Positions 7,938 through 14,789 of a DNA stretch of 16,092 bases are shown here, piece by piece. The notes beneath the pieces were generated by a model. The model saw only the letters and a list, made by a program, of their open reading frames with translations, did no database searches and was not told the DNA's origin. Origin of the DNA: an archaeon (GTDB lineage Archaea; Nanobdellota; Nanobdellia; Woesearchaeales; UBA9642); the NCBI GenBank assembly GCA_043806035.1, contig JAZDHK010000006.1, positions 1-16,092 on the forward strand, in the 5' to 3' direction. Numbering within the stretch: the first letter of the stretch is position 1; each line of letters begins with the position of its first letter. The position numbers and the translations under genes are program-made.

Positions 7938-8867
7938 TCAGGTGGTAAATTCTGACTCCAAATCTTGGAAATGATCCAGTGTATACGCTTCACGAAAAGC
8001 AAGAATGATGATCTGTATTTTTCTGTCATCGTATTTCGGCCGTAATTCTTTGATAATCGTGTGCATTTCGTCATCATTGCTCATCAGCTCATGCATGAGC
8101 TGGATCCCTTCCTCAAACACATCTCCCGTCATGAAAGGCATGCCCGCCTTCTCCCCGAGCGCAAGAAATATGCTCTCTCCAAGTTCTCGATATGTACGCT
8201 TCTTCTCGTCAGGAGCCATTTGCCGGGCAAGCTTCCGTGCAAATTTTTCATTATCTGTCTCCTGCAGCTCGTGCACTTCTTCCTCGAGCAGGATCGCCCG
8301 CGCTATGCACACTATCTCCTGATGCATGTGCATGCTTTCATCAGAGAACAACCGTTCCTTGAATGGCATATAGATTCTGGCTTCGCGATGAAAGACGAGG
8401 TCGAAGAGCACCGGCAATAACGTTCTTGTTTCGTCCTGTTTCTGTAACAGCCGCCGTATGATGTGCAGCTCTGCCTGTAGCACGCGAAACAGTTCCTGGA
8501 ACAATTTGAGCAGGTGTGCCTGCTTCTGCTTCGCTGAAACGATAGCAGCGGTCAATTTTTCGAGTTCTCGCTTGCTTTTCAGCCGGTTCAGATCAGCGAC
8601 CAGCTCTTCCTCATTCTTCTCCTCATCCGTAACCGTGACAAATTCTGGAGAGATCAAGGAGAGCATTTGCTGCAAGATTATCTTTGTTTCCTCAGCATGC
8701 TGCACGGCATAGTCGATACGTTTTACCGTGAATGCAGAAGACAATTGCTCCCTTTTCTCAAAATTGGCAAGATGTTCTTTCCATAATGCCATGCGTCGGG
8801 CATCGTCTCGCACCAATTCCTGAGCAAGATTCTTCTTCGTCCCGAAGAGATGATTCAGCAAGCCCAT
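7938..8867 (-). CDS. Hypothetical helical/coiled-coil protein (309 aa)
   Basis: Long ORF filling the gap between neighbours, with its own TATA box at leaderless spacing. Rich in E, K, L and R; no motif recognised. Confidence 0.8.
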   Translation of the reverse strand: MGLLNHLFGTKKNLAQELVRDDARRMALWKEHLANFEKREQLSSAFTVKRIDYAVQHAEETKIILQQMLSLISPEFVTVTDEEKNEEELVADLNRLKSKRELEKLTAAIVSAKQKQAHLLKLFQELFRVLQAELHIIRRLLQKQDETRTLLPVLFDLVFHREARIYMPFKERLFSDESMHMHQEIVCIARAILLEEEVHELQETDNEKFARKLARQMAPDEKKRTYRELGESIFLALGEKAGMPFMTGDVFEEGIQLMHELMSNDDEMHTIIKELRPKYDDRKIQIIILAFREAYTLDHFQDLESEFTT

Positions 8868-8889
8868 AGTAGTTCTCTACTCGATGAAT

Positions 8890-8904
8890 TTAATAAATGT
8901 TTCC
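8890..8904 (-). promoter_or_regulatory. BRE + TATA promoter, leaderless transcript of the 309-aa gene
   Basis: The minus strand reads GGAAACA-TTTATTAA, ending 22 nt before the ATG; no SD is present. Confidence 0.6.
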
Positions 8905-8946
8905 TTCACAGAATATGCGTGTGCTTCTTCAGAAATAGCATTCTAA

Positions 8947-8960
8947 CGAAAGTTTTATAT
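8947..8960 (+). promoter_or_regulatory. BRE + TATA promoter, leaderless transcript of the 146-aa gene
   Basis: CGAAAGT-TTTATAT ends 25 nt before ATG 8986. Confidence 0.65.
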
Positions 8961-8985
8961 GTTACTCTTCAGTTACAACTCATTT

Positions 8986-9426
8986 ATGATAGAATTGCTG
9001 TTTCATGATAATAGACTTAGACATTGCAATGTACGTGGTCTGTATGCATTGAAAGATCACAGCGATCGACTTTTCGAGGTATTGAACACGTACCAAAATG
9101 CAGTGCCAAGAGAAAAACACATAACGTATACTGACGGCAGACCAAATATCATATGGCAGCCCACCTCAAGTGTACAGCTATGCATGGACGGCATTCTCTT
9201 GCAAGGCGTCGTTACTATCGATGGAGACGAGGAAAGAGCTCCCGTTGGAGCAATCATCTTCAGACCTGACCGTGGTGAATCAGTAAGCGAATTATATCTT
9301 GTGAAACTCGTACCAAAAACACGAAAACCAGAATACAAAGTGGAAAAAATATGTCCAGAACTTCCAGACATATTGGAACCATACATTGGGAGAACAATAT
9401 TTTCTAAGACATCGCATCGAAAATAA
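8986..9426 (+). CDS. Hypothetical protein (146 aa)
   Basis: The ORF fills the gap between its neighbours. The start is moved to 8986 because the ORF-track ATG at 8959 lies within the TATA box. Codons are A/T-ending rich; no family recognised. Confidence 0.7.
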   Translation: MIELLFHDNRLRHCNVRGLYALKDHSDRLFEVLNTYQNAVPREKHITYTDGRPNIIWQPTSSVQLCMDGILLQGVVTIDGDEERAPVGAIIFRPDRGESVSELYLVKLVPKTRKPEYKVEKICPELPDILEPYIGRTIFSKTSHRK

Positions 9427-9427
9427 G

Positions 9428-10384
9428 CTATAAATACGCGTACTTGTACTCTTCATAGGCTGGCATGGTCTCGAACTGCGTGATCCCGAAAACATTCCTG
9501 AGTTCGAGTATCGTTTCATGCAGCTGTTCTGTTTTCTCAATGCACAGATAGCAGAGCACATCATACTTGCCCAGGCATGTCGTCGCCCAGAGCACGTGCT
9601 TCTGCAGGCGCAGATGATTGAGCACTTTCTCTGACTCGAGCGTCGAGAGCAGCACGGCATGGACGTCGTAGCCGAGCGCTGCATAATTGATGACAGGCAC
9701 GTAGTTGAGGATGACGCCTTCTTTCTCGAGACGTCGTACCCGCTGCAATACACTGTCATGGCTCATGCCCAGCTGAGGCCCTAATTGGTAGAACGGCTCG
9801 CGCGCATTCCGCGAGATGCTTTTCAGGATGAGTATGTCCTTCTCGTCGACAGCAACCTGTCCTTCATGGGCACGATCTGGTTCGACGCTTCCGAAACTTC
9901 GTGGGAAAACACGATGCACAGCCTGCCCGGTGAGAATGTGCACGTCAGAAGAAAAAAAGGATCCCCCAGCACGCAGGATCCCTGCCATCATGACGCTGCA
10001 TTCTTGATTCGTCCTCGCATGGAGTGCGAGTTCATAGTCGTATTTTCCCGTGTACTTGATAACGGCAGCGATGCCGTCCATCTGCTTGAGCATGTTGCGG
10101 AATTGCAGTTCTTGCTCTTTCGTGATACTGCGAAATTGGAGGAAACAGTGGAATGATTCGTAGCCAAGCGCGTGCATGTTGATGACTGCCCTGAATCCTT
10201 GGATGATGCCTTCTTCGGCAAGCTTCGTAATCCGGTAGCGCACAGCATCTCTGGAAACTCTGCACTGCCTGCCGAGCATGGTGTAGGTTGCTCGCGCATT
10301 ACGCGCAAGACCTCTGAGAATCTTCCCATCCTTCTCGTCCAGACGTATTTTATCGGAAGTCTCATGCTGCTGAATATACCTCAT
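9428..10384 (-). CDS. Lrp/AsnC family transcriptional regulator, tandem duplicated (318 aa)
   Basis: Two HTH signatures (LDEKDGKILRGLARNARATY...VRYRITKLAEEGII; VDEKDILILKSISRNAREPF...VLQRVRRLEKEGVI), each followed by a RAM domain with GKYD. Confidence 0.95.
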   Translation of the reverse strand: MRYIQQHETSDKIRLDEKDGKILRGLARNARATYTMLGRQCRVSRDAVRYRITKLAEEGIIQGFRAVINMHALGYESFHCFLQFRSITKEQELQFRNMLKQMDGIAAVIKYTGKYDYELALHARTNQECSVMMAGILRAGGSFFSSDVHILTGQAVHRVFPRSFGSVEPDRAHEGQVAVDEKDILILKSISRNAREPFYQLGPQLGMSHDSVLQRVRRLEKEGVILNYVPVINYAALGYDVHAVLLSTLESEKVLNHLRLQKHVLWATTCLGKYDVLCYLCIEKTEQLHETILELRNVFGITQFETMPAYEEYKYAYL

Positions 10385-10408
10385 TTTTTACGTTTATTAC
10401 GCTACTTA

Positions 10409-10423
10409 TATTTAAATTTTTCG
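10409..10423 (-). promoter_or_regulatory. BRE + TATA promoter, leaderless transcript of the second Lrp gene
   Basis: The minus strand reads CGAAAAA-TTTAAATA, ending 24 nt before ATG 10384. Confidence 0.7.
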
Positions 10424-10429
10424 TAAATA

Positions 10430-10455
10430 GTGGATTTTTTTAGAGAAATATTCAC
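10430..10455. promoter_or_regulatory. Imperfect inverted repeat, candidate operator
   Basis: GTGGATTTTT-N6-AAATATTCAC, with 8 of 10 arm positions complementary, lies between the Lrp gene and the HD operon. Confidence 0.35.
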
Positions 10456-10488
10456 ATATTTTGATTGCTTTTCTTGATCGGTGGAAAC

Positions 10489-11073
10489 ATGAACGCACCA
10501 GAACACGATTGGATACATACCTTCGAGCAGCTCAGCAGGACGACACGACAACTCTCCTCTGACCTGCCCTACCACAACGCAGAACACGCATTCGACGTGT
10601 GCACAGAAGTGCTCTCGCTCAGCAAGAACCTGCCTTGGAACGAACGCTACCTCTTAGGAACTGCAGCATTGCTGCACGATATCGAGTACAAAGTAGGCTA
10701 TGCGCAGAATGAAGAGCATGCTGTAGGATTCGCTGAACGCTACCTGCCTCACCTCGGTTATGTCCCACAGGAGATACAGCGCATCAGCGAGCACATCCTC
10801 TCGACGAAACTAGGATCTCCTCTCAAGAACGAGTATAGCGCGTATCTCGTCGACGCTGATCTTGCCAATCTCGGCAGAACAGACTTTTTCGAGAAGAACG
10901 AACTGCTCAGGAAGGAATGGTGTGGCAAAGATGGAAAGGAATGGCAAGAGAGAGCGCTTGCTTTCCTCAGCCAGCACACCTATCGCACGAAGGAAGCGCA
11001 GGAACAATATGATGAGCAGAAGCGAAAGAACATCGAGTGCATGCTCGAGAAGGTGAAGGTATATGCTTCTTGA
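10489..11073 (+). CDS. HD-domain metal-dependent phosphohydrolase, phosphodiesterase-like (194 aa)
   Basis: Motifs YHNAEHAFDV, AALLHD, NEE and DADL. GGTGG SD before ATG 10489. Confidence 0.9.
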   Translation: MNAPEHDWIHTFEQLSRTTRQLSSDLPYHNAEHAFDVCTEVLSLSKNLPWNERYLLGTAALLHDIEYKVGYAQNEEHAVGFAERYLPHLGYVPQEIQRISEHILSTKLGSPLKNEYSAYLVDADLANLGRTDFFEKNELLRKEWCGKDGKEWQERALAFLSQHTYRTKEAQEQYDEQKRKNIECMLEKVKVYAS

Positions 11074-12199
11074 GGAACTCACCGACAAAACATACGTGCA
11101 TTGCGAACGGTACATCAATCTCTTCAAGAAAGTCAGCAACGACGTCAATCCGGACTACTGCGCCATCAACGGCCTTGAGCACTTCCTGCTGCCTCACGCA
11201 CTACTCCCCCCTAACGACGTACAGCTCTCTACAGCACAACCCCGTGAAGAACTGCTGCGCACGTTCGTGCATGACAAAGTCCTGTTTTTTGTGCATCCTG
11301 AAGAAGCAAGCACGTTCAATTTGCCTCTATCGTACACGACCATCGCCCGTCCTACAGCATCAACGAGAACAGTCATCCCTGACGGTGCGCAGTATGCGGT
11401 GAAGCTGCATCTGAACAAGCGACTCTCCCGATTCATCCGCAGGCTCACCGAGAGCAGCGTCCGGCACAGCATCGCCATATCTCGTGAGTTAGAAAAAGCA
11501 CGCATGCCTGCTTCGTTCGCATTCCTTCCTGAATGCATCGGCGTCTGCTACAACGATAGGGGCATGATCGTTCGCGACATGACTCCCAGACCTATAATAG
11601 AGAAAAGGCAGGTGCTCCCGCTCTTTAGTCTTTACGCTCCCGATCTCAAGGATGAAACACACATTCCATTTTTTAGGCAGCTCGTGGAAAAACACGATGC
11701 AGAACCGCTCGACTATTTCCTGACGAGCATCGTCAAGCCACTCTTCACAAATCTTGCGCATGCCATCCGAAACTATGGTCTGCTGCTCGAGCCGCACGGC
11801 CAGAACGTCCTCATCGAATTTGACAAGCAATGGAACATCACCCGACTCGTGCACAGGGATTTCCAGAGCATGTACGTCGACAATGACATCAGGAAGGAGA
11901 AAGGATTGGCATTGCCGTTCACCAAGCACATCATGGGAGAGGAATGCGCAAAAGAGATCAGCTACAGTCTTGTTTACGACAATTACGTCGGCAAATACGT
12001 CTTCGAGCCATTTACTGAGTATCTCCAACGCGATTTTGGCATTGAGAAGGAGAGGAGCAGAGCAGCAATACGTGAGTATTTTGCCAAGCTCATGCCACAG
12101 CACTGCTTCCCGAAAGGGCAGTATCTTATGGCACAGAACACGTTCAAGGACAACAACACGGAGGTGCAGTATTGTGATGAACGGGCAGCATTCAGATAG
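11063..12199 (+). CDS. IucA/IucC family (NRPS-independent siderophore synthetase-like) protein, short form (378 aa)
   Basis: The NIS motifs occur in the expected order: VHP, PTASTRT, VKL, RFIRRL, LPE, IVR, EPHGQN, RDFQ. AGGTGA SD; 11-nt overlap with the HD gene. Confidence 0.88.
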   Translation: MLLEELTDKTYVHCERYINLFKKVSNDVNPDYCAINGLEHFLLPHALLPPNDVQLSTAQPREELLRTFVHDKVLFFVHPEEASTFNLPLSYTTIARPTASTRTVIPDGAQYAVKLHLNKRLSRFIRRLTESSVRHSIAISRELEKARMPASFAFLPECIGVCYNDRGMIVRDMTPRPIIEKRQVLPLFSLYAPDLKDETHIPFFRQLVEKHDAEPLDYFLTSIVKPLFTNLAHAIRNYGLLLEPHGQNVLIEFDKQWNITRLVHRDFQSMYVDNDIRKEKGLALPFTKHIMGEECAKEISYSLVYDNYVGKYVFEPFTEYLQRDFGIEKERSRAAIREYFAKLMPQHCFPKGQYLMAQNTFKDNNTEVQYCDERAAFR

Positions 12200-12839
12200 A
12201 CGTATCGTTATGATCGACGGCATGAAAGGCACGGGAAAGTCGACAATCGTCGAGTTGCTGCGCCAAGAAGGCTATCCGATTATAGCAAAATACACAAAAC
12301 AGACATACACAACAAACCATTTCTTTGAAGTCCTGGGCGCACTATGCGGGATTGCCCAACCGAATGATACGCTGGCATTGCCGTTCTACTCAACCTTGTT
12401 CGAGCGTCTCATCTCAAACGAGGGCATCATGGAAAAAGGGCTGCTCTCCATCTACTCAGCAGGCTATTACGGTTATCTCCTGCACGACAGACCAGTTCCT
12501 TTTGATGACTACCAGCACATGCTTGACTTCGTCTTTGAGAGCGCACTGAACGTGTATTCTCCGAAAGTAGAGGTCATCTCATTGCGTTGCAGCGATGCCG
12601 AACGGGAGGCAAGGCTTGGCAGGAGAACACCCTTGCATGGAGATATCGTCTTCAGAGAGCACGTTGAGCAGTACAAGCAATTCTTTTCCAGAGCAGAGGA
12701 ATTGCTGAAGGGGCACGGCATTCCCGTCATCACGTTCCAGAACGACAACAGACAAGACCTGGCAAGAATAGTACATGCACCAAGATCACTTTGCCCCTAT
12801 TTGCCGAAAAAACTGAAAGAGAAACAAGGTGTTCAATGA
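12177..12839 (+). CDS. P-loop nucleoside monophosphate kinase-like protein (thymidylate kinase fold, 220 aa)
   Basis: N-terminal IVMIDGMKGTGKST and a LID-like REARLGRR. The strong SD GGAGGTG at 12160-12166 supports a start at GTG 12174 or ATG 12177, overlapping the end of the NIS gene. Confidence 0.82.
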   Translation: MNGQHSDRRIVMIDGMKGTGKSTIVELLRQEGYPIIAKYTKQTYTTNHFFEVLGALCGIAQPNDTLALPFYSTLFERLISNEGIMEKGLLSIYSAGYYGYLLHDRPVPFDDYQHMLDFVFESALNVYSPKVEVISLRCSDAEREARLGRRTPLHGDIVFREHVEQYKQFFSRAEELLKGHGIPVITFQNDNRQDLARIVHAPRSLCPYLPKKLKEKQGVQ

Positions 12840-12847
12840 CTACCTCA

Positions 12848-12862
12848 GAAAAGGATATAAAT
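12848..12862 (+). promoter_or_regulatory. BRE + TATA promoter, leaderless transcript of the 117-aa gene
   Basis: GAAAAGGA-TATAAAT ends about 23 nt before ATG 12886. Confidence 0.6.
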
Positions 12863-12885
12863 TATTGCAGGTTTGCATATCTTAC

Positions 12886-13239
12886 ATGAGCAAATCAGCA
12901 GCGATAGCAGCAGGCATCATGAATGGGTGCCTGACGGGATTCATGGTTGGCATGGTAGATACCTGCATACACGGCAACACACCTATCGACGTTGCTTCTG
13001 CAGAGATTGCCAACACGATTGCTCCAACGCTGAGCACGAGCATCAGCGCCTACTTGGGCAAGGGATTCGTCTCCAAGAAGAAGAATATGCCCTCACCCAT
13101 GTCCCTGGACGACTACTTGAAAAAGAACCCGAAAGAATCTGCAGCAGCCAACACGGCGACGGCACTAGTGTACGCGAACATCGTCCATAGAGTAGTGTAC
13201 TATGGTCTTCGTCTGGCAGTCTATGGCCTGTCAAGATGA
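12886..13239 (+). CDS. Small hypothetical protein, possibly membrane-associated (117 aa)
   Basis: Ala/Gly-rich hydrophobic N-terminus (AAIAAGIMNGCLTGFMVGMV) and a hydrophobic C-terminus. The start is inferred from promoter spacing; the alternative is GTG 12829. Confidence 0.6.
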   Translation: MSKSAAIAAGIMNGCLTGFMVGMVDTCIHGNTPIDVASAEIANTIAPTLSTSISAYLGKGFVSKKKNMPSPMSLDDYLKKNPKESAAANTATALVYANIVHRVVYYGLRLAVYGLSR

Positions 13240-14067
13240 TGCAACGATTGCTTCCTGGACTTTCTCGAGCTCTGCAATCCGTTCCTTGAGCGGGGTTGCT
13301 TGAGAGAAAAAATGCCAAAAAACTTTTTCTAGCCAACCCACCCATAGCGGATCTTCTACGGCATAGAGCAGCGTCATGTCTTCAGTCAGCTCTTCTCCTT
13401 TGTATCGCGTCCTGTCCTTCTCGTCCTTCAGCAGGGCAACAGTTCCATCAAGGATAAAGCAACGCAATGGCTGGAAGCGATGCCGTATCTCGATGGCCTC
13501 ATATCCAAGTTTTTTGTTTATTTTGAGCAGCTCTTGTATGTTCTTCATCGTCGCAATGTCCACACGGGTGAGTATCTTTATGGACACTCCCCTTTTTGCT
13601 GCATCCTCAAGAGCAGACAAGCATGTTTTCTTCCCAGATGTCCAGGAGAGGTTGCCGCTGAAGTTCAGCAGGCTTTTTTTCGTTTCGAGAATGTGCTTGT
13701 TCAGAAGAACCTTGTATTTTTCGCCGACGCTGCGGACGGACTTTTTGCCTTGCACGTGCTGATAGAGGTCAAAAGGTTCAAATTCCTGTTTTGTCCTTCC
13801 CGTCTTTATCTGGGTGAGCAGTTCTTCCTGCACCGTGCTGGCATGAATCTTTTCAATGTGCGCCCAGTACACAATCTTCAGAGCCCCTTTCGTGCCTGGC
13901 CTGAACGTCTTCATGGCCAGCGTTCCATACTGAGCAATGATGTCTTCAACGTAGGATTCTGCGGTGCGCCAGTTCTTGCCGAGAAAATGGGCTACTTCCT
14001 GTATGGTGCGTGGCTGTGCGTAGACGAAATCCTGGATGTCTTTTGCCCGCTTGATGTCCAAAACCAC
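13231..14067 (-). CDS. TrmB-like transcriptional regulator (N-terminal winged HTH, C-terminal PLD-like effector domain, 278 aa)
   Basis: HTH PRTIQEVAHFLGKNWRTAESYVE. The C-terminal AAKRGVSIKIL...IEIRH...RCFILDG pattern fits a TrmB/PLD-like fold without an HKD motif. AGGTGA SD before the GTG start. Confidence 0.75.
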   Translation of the reverse strand: MVLDIKRAKDIQDFVYAQPRTIQEVAHFLGKNWRTAESYVEDIIAQYGTLAMKTFRPGTKGALKIVYWAHIEKIHASTVQEELLTQIKTGRTKQEFEPFDLYQHVQGKKSVRSVGEKYKVLLNKHILETKKSLLNFSGNLSWTSGKKTCLSALEDAAKRGVSIKILTRVDIATMKNIQELLKINKKLGYEAIEIRHRFQPLRCFILDGTVALLKDEKDRTRYKGEELTEDMTLLYAVEDPLWVGWLEKVFWHFFSQATPLKERIAELEKVQEAIVASS

Positions 14068-14099
14068 ACCATCACCTTATTGTTGTAATTAATGCACTA

Positions 14100-14789
14100 T
14101 TATTTATAGTTTACTGCTAATGGAATACAACTATATGCTAATTCAGGGATGCATGTTTCAGGTACTGCTTTCGATTGCTGCCCCTTGTCCTGCACCTGCT
14201 CCATCCAGGTCATGAACTGCTGCATTTCTTCCTCAAGAGAGAGGTCTTTGTCCAATTTGAGCAGGGATGTGCCGGTGAAGATGCGTTCCATGTGCGAGAA
14301 TCCGTCGTGCGCCGCGGCAAGATACGTCTTGTCTTCCTCGCGCCATTTCTTCCCTTTTGTTGTCCATCTGCGCTCAAGCCTCGTTACAATGGCATCAAGA
14401 GGTGGGACGAGCACGACAAGATGCGATGGCATGGCGTTATAGTGTGGTTCTGCACAAAATAATTGCTTGCGGAATTGCTCAAGCAAAAGATACTCTTCAG
14501 GAACTATCCATCCTATGTCCGCATACGCTTTCGTGTACACCATACCATCATACACGCACCTATCTACAAATACGGTCTTATCCGGGTATTCTTTGAGGAA
14601 TTCCTGCTGGTCTATCCATTCGTGGAAGTACTTGACGAGCTTTGCCCTGTTCCTCAGAAATGGTTCGTTGGATCTGGCAAATGAAAGTCTGTCTGGGTAG
14701 AGCACAAATCGTTCAGGATGCTGCTGCAGCAACGCATGCATGAATGTGCTCTTCCCCGCCCCGTGTGGGCCGGAGAAGCACACCATCAC
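14100..14789 (-). CDS. Deoxynucleoside kinase / thymidylate kinase-like P-loop protein (229 aa)
   Basis: Walker A FSGPHGAGKST, DRCVYDGMVY (the DR..D..Y motif of the dNK family) and LID RLERR...WREE. Overlaps the CYTH stop codon; GGTGA SD. Confidence 0.88.
   Translation of the reverse strand: MMVCFSGPHGAGKSTFMHALLQQHPERFVLYPDRLSFARSNEPFLRNRAKLVKYFHEWIDQQEFLKEYPDKTVFVDRCVYDGMVYTKAYADIGWIVPEEYLLLEQFRKQLFCAEPHYNAMPSHLVVLVPPLDAIVTRLERRWTTKGKKWREEDKTYLAAAHDGFSHMERIFTGTSLLKLDKDLSLEEEMQQFMTWMEQVQDKGQQSKAVPETCIPELAYSCIPLAVNYK
14101..14114 (-). promoter_or_regulatory. BRE + TATA promoter of the TrmB-like gene, embedded in the last codons of the kinase gene
   Basis: The minus strand reads GTAAAC-TATAAATA, which also encodes V-N-Y-K-stop. 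Confidence 0.6.

Noticed and set aside
11754-12173. N-terminal 140 aa of the 361-aa ORF in the track
   Set aside because: It overlaps the NIS gene in another frame and is Ser/Thr/Arg-rich. The real kinase begins after the GGAGGTG SD at 12160-12166.
11489-12232. 247-aa - strand ORF
   Set aside because: Antisense to the motif-bearing NIS gene.
10489-12839. Canonical siderophore biosynthesis cluster
   Set aside because: No monooxygenase, decarboxylase, acyltransferase, exporter or iron-uptake genes are in the window, and the regulator is Lrp rather than DtxR or Fur.
13231-14067. Active phospholipase D-family nuclease
   Set aside because: The HxK catalytic motif is absent (LRCFILD instead), so a ligand-binding TrmB-type domain fits better.
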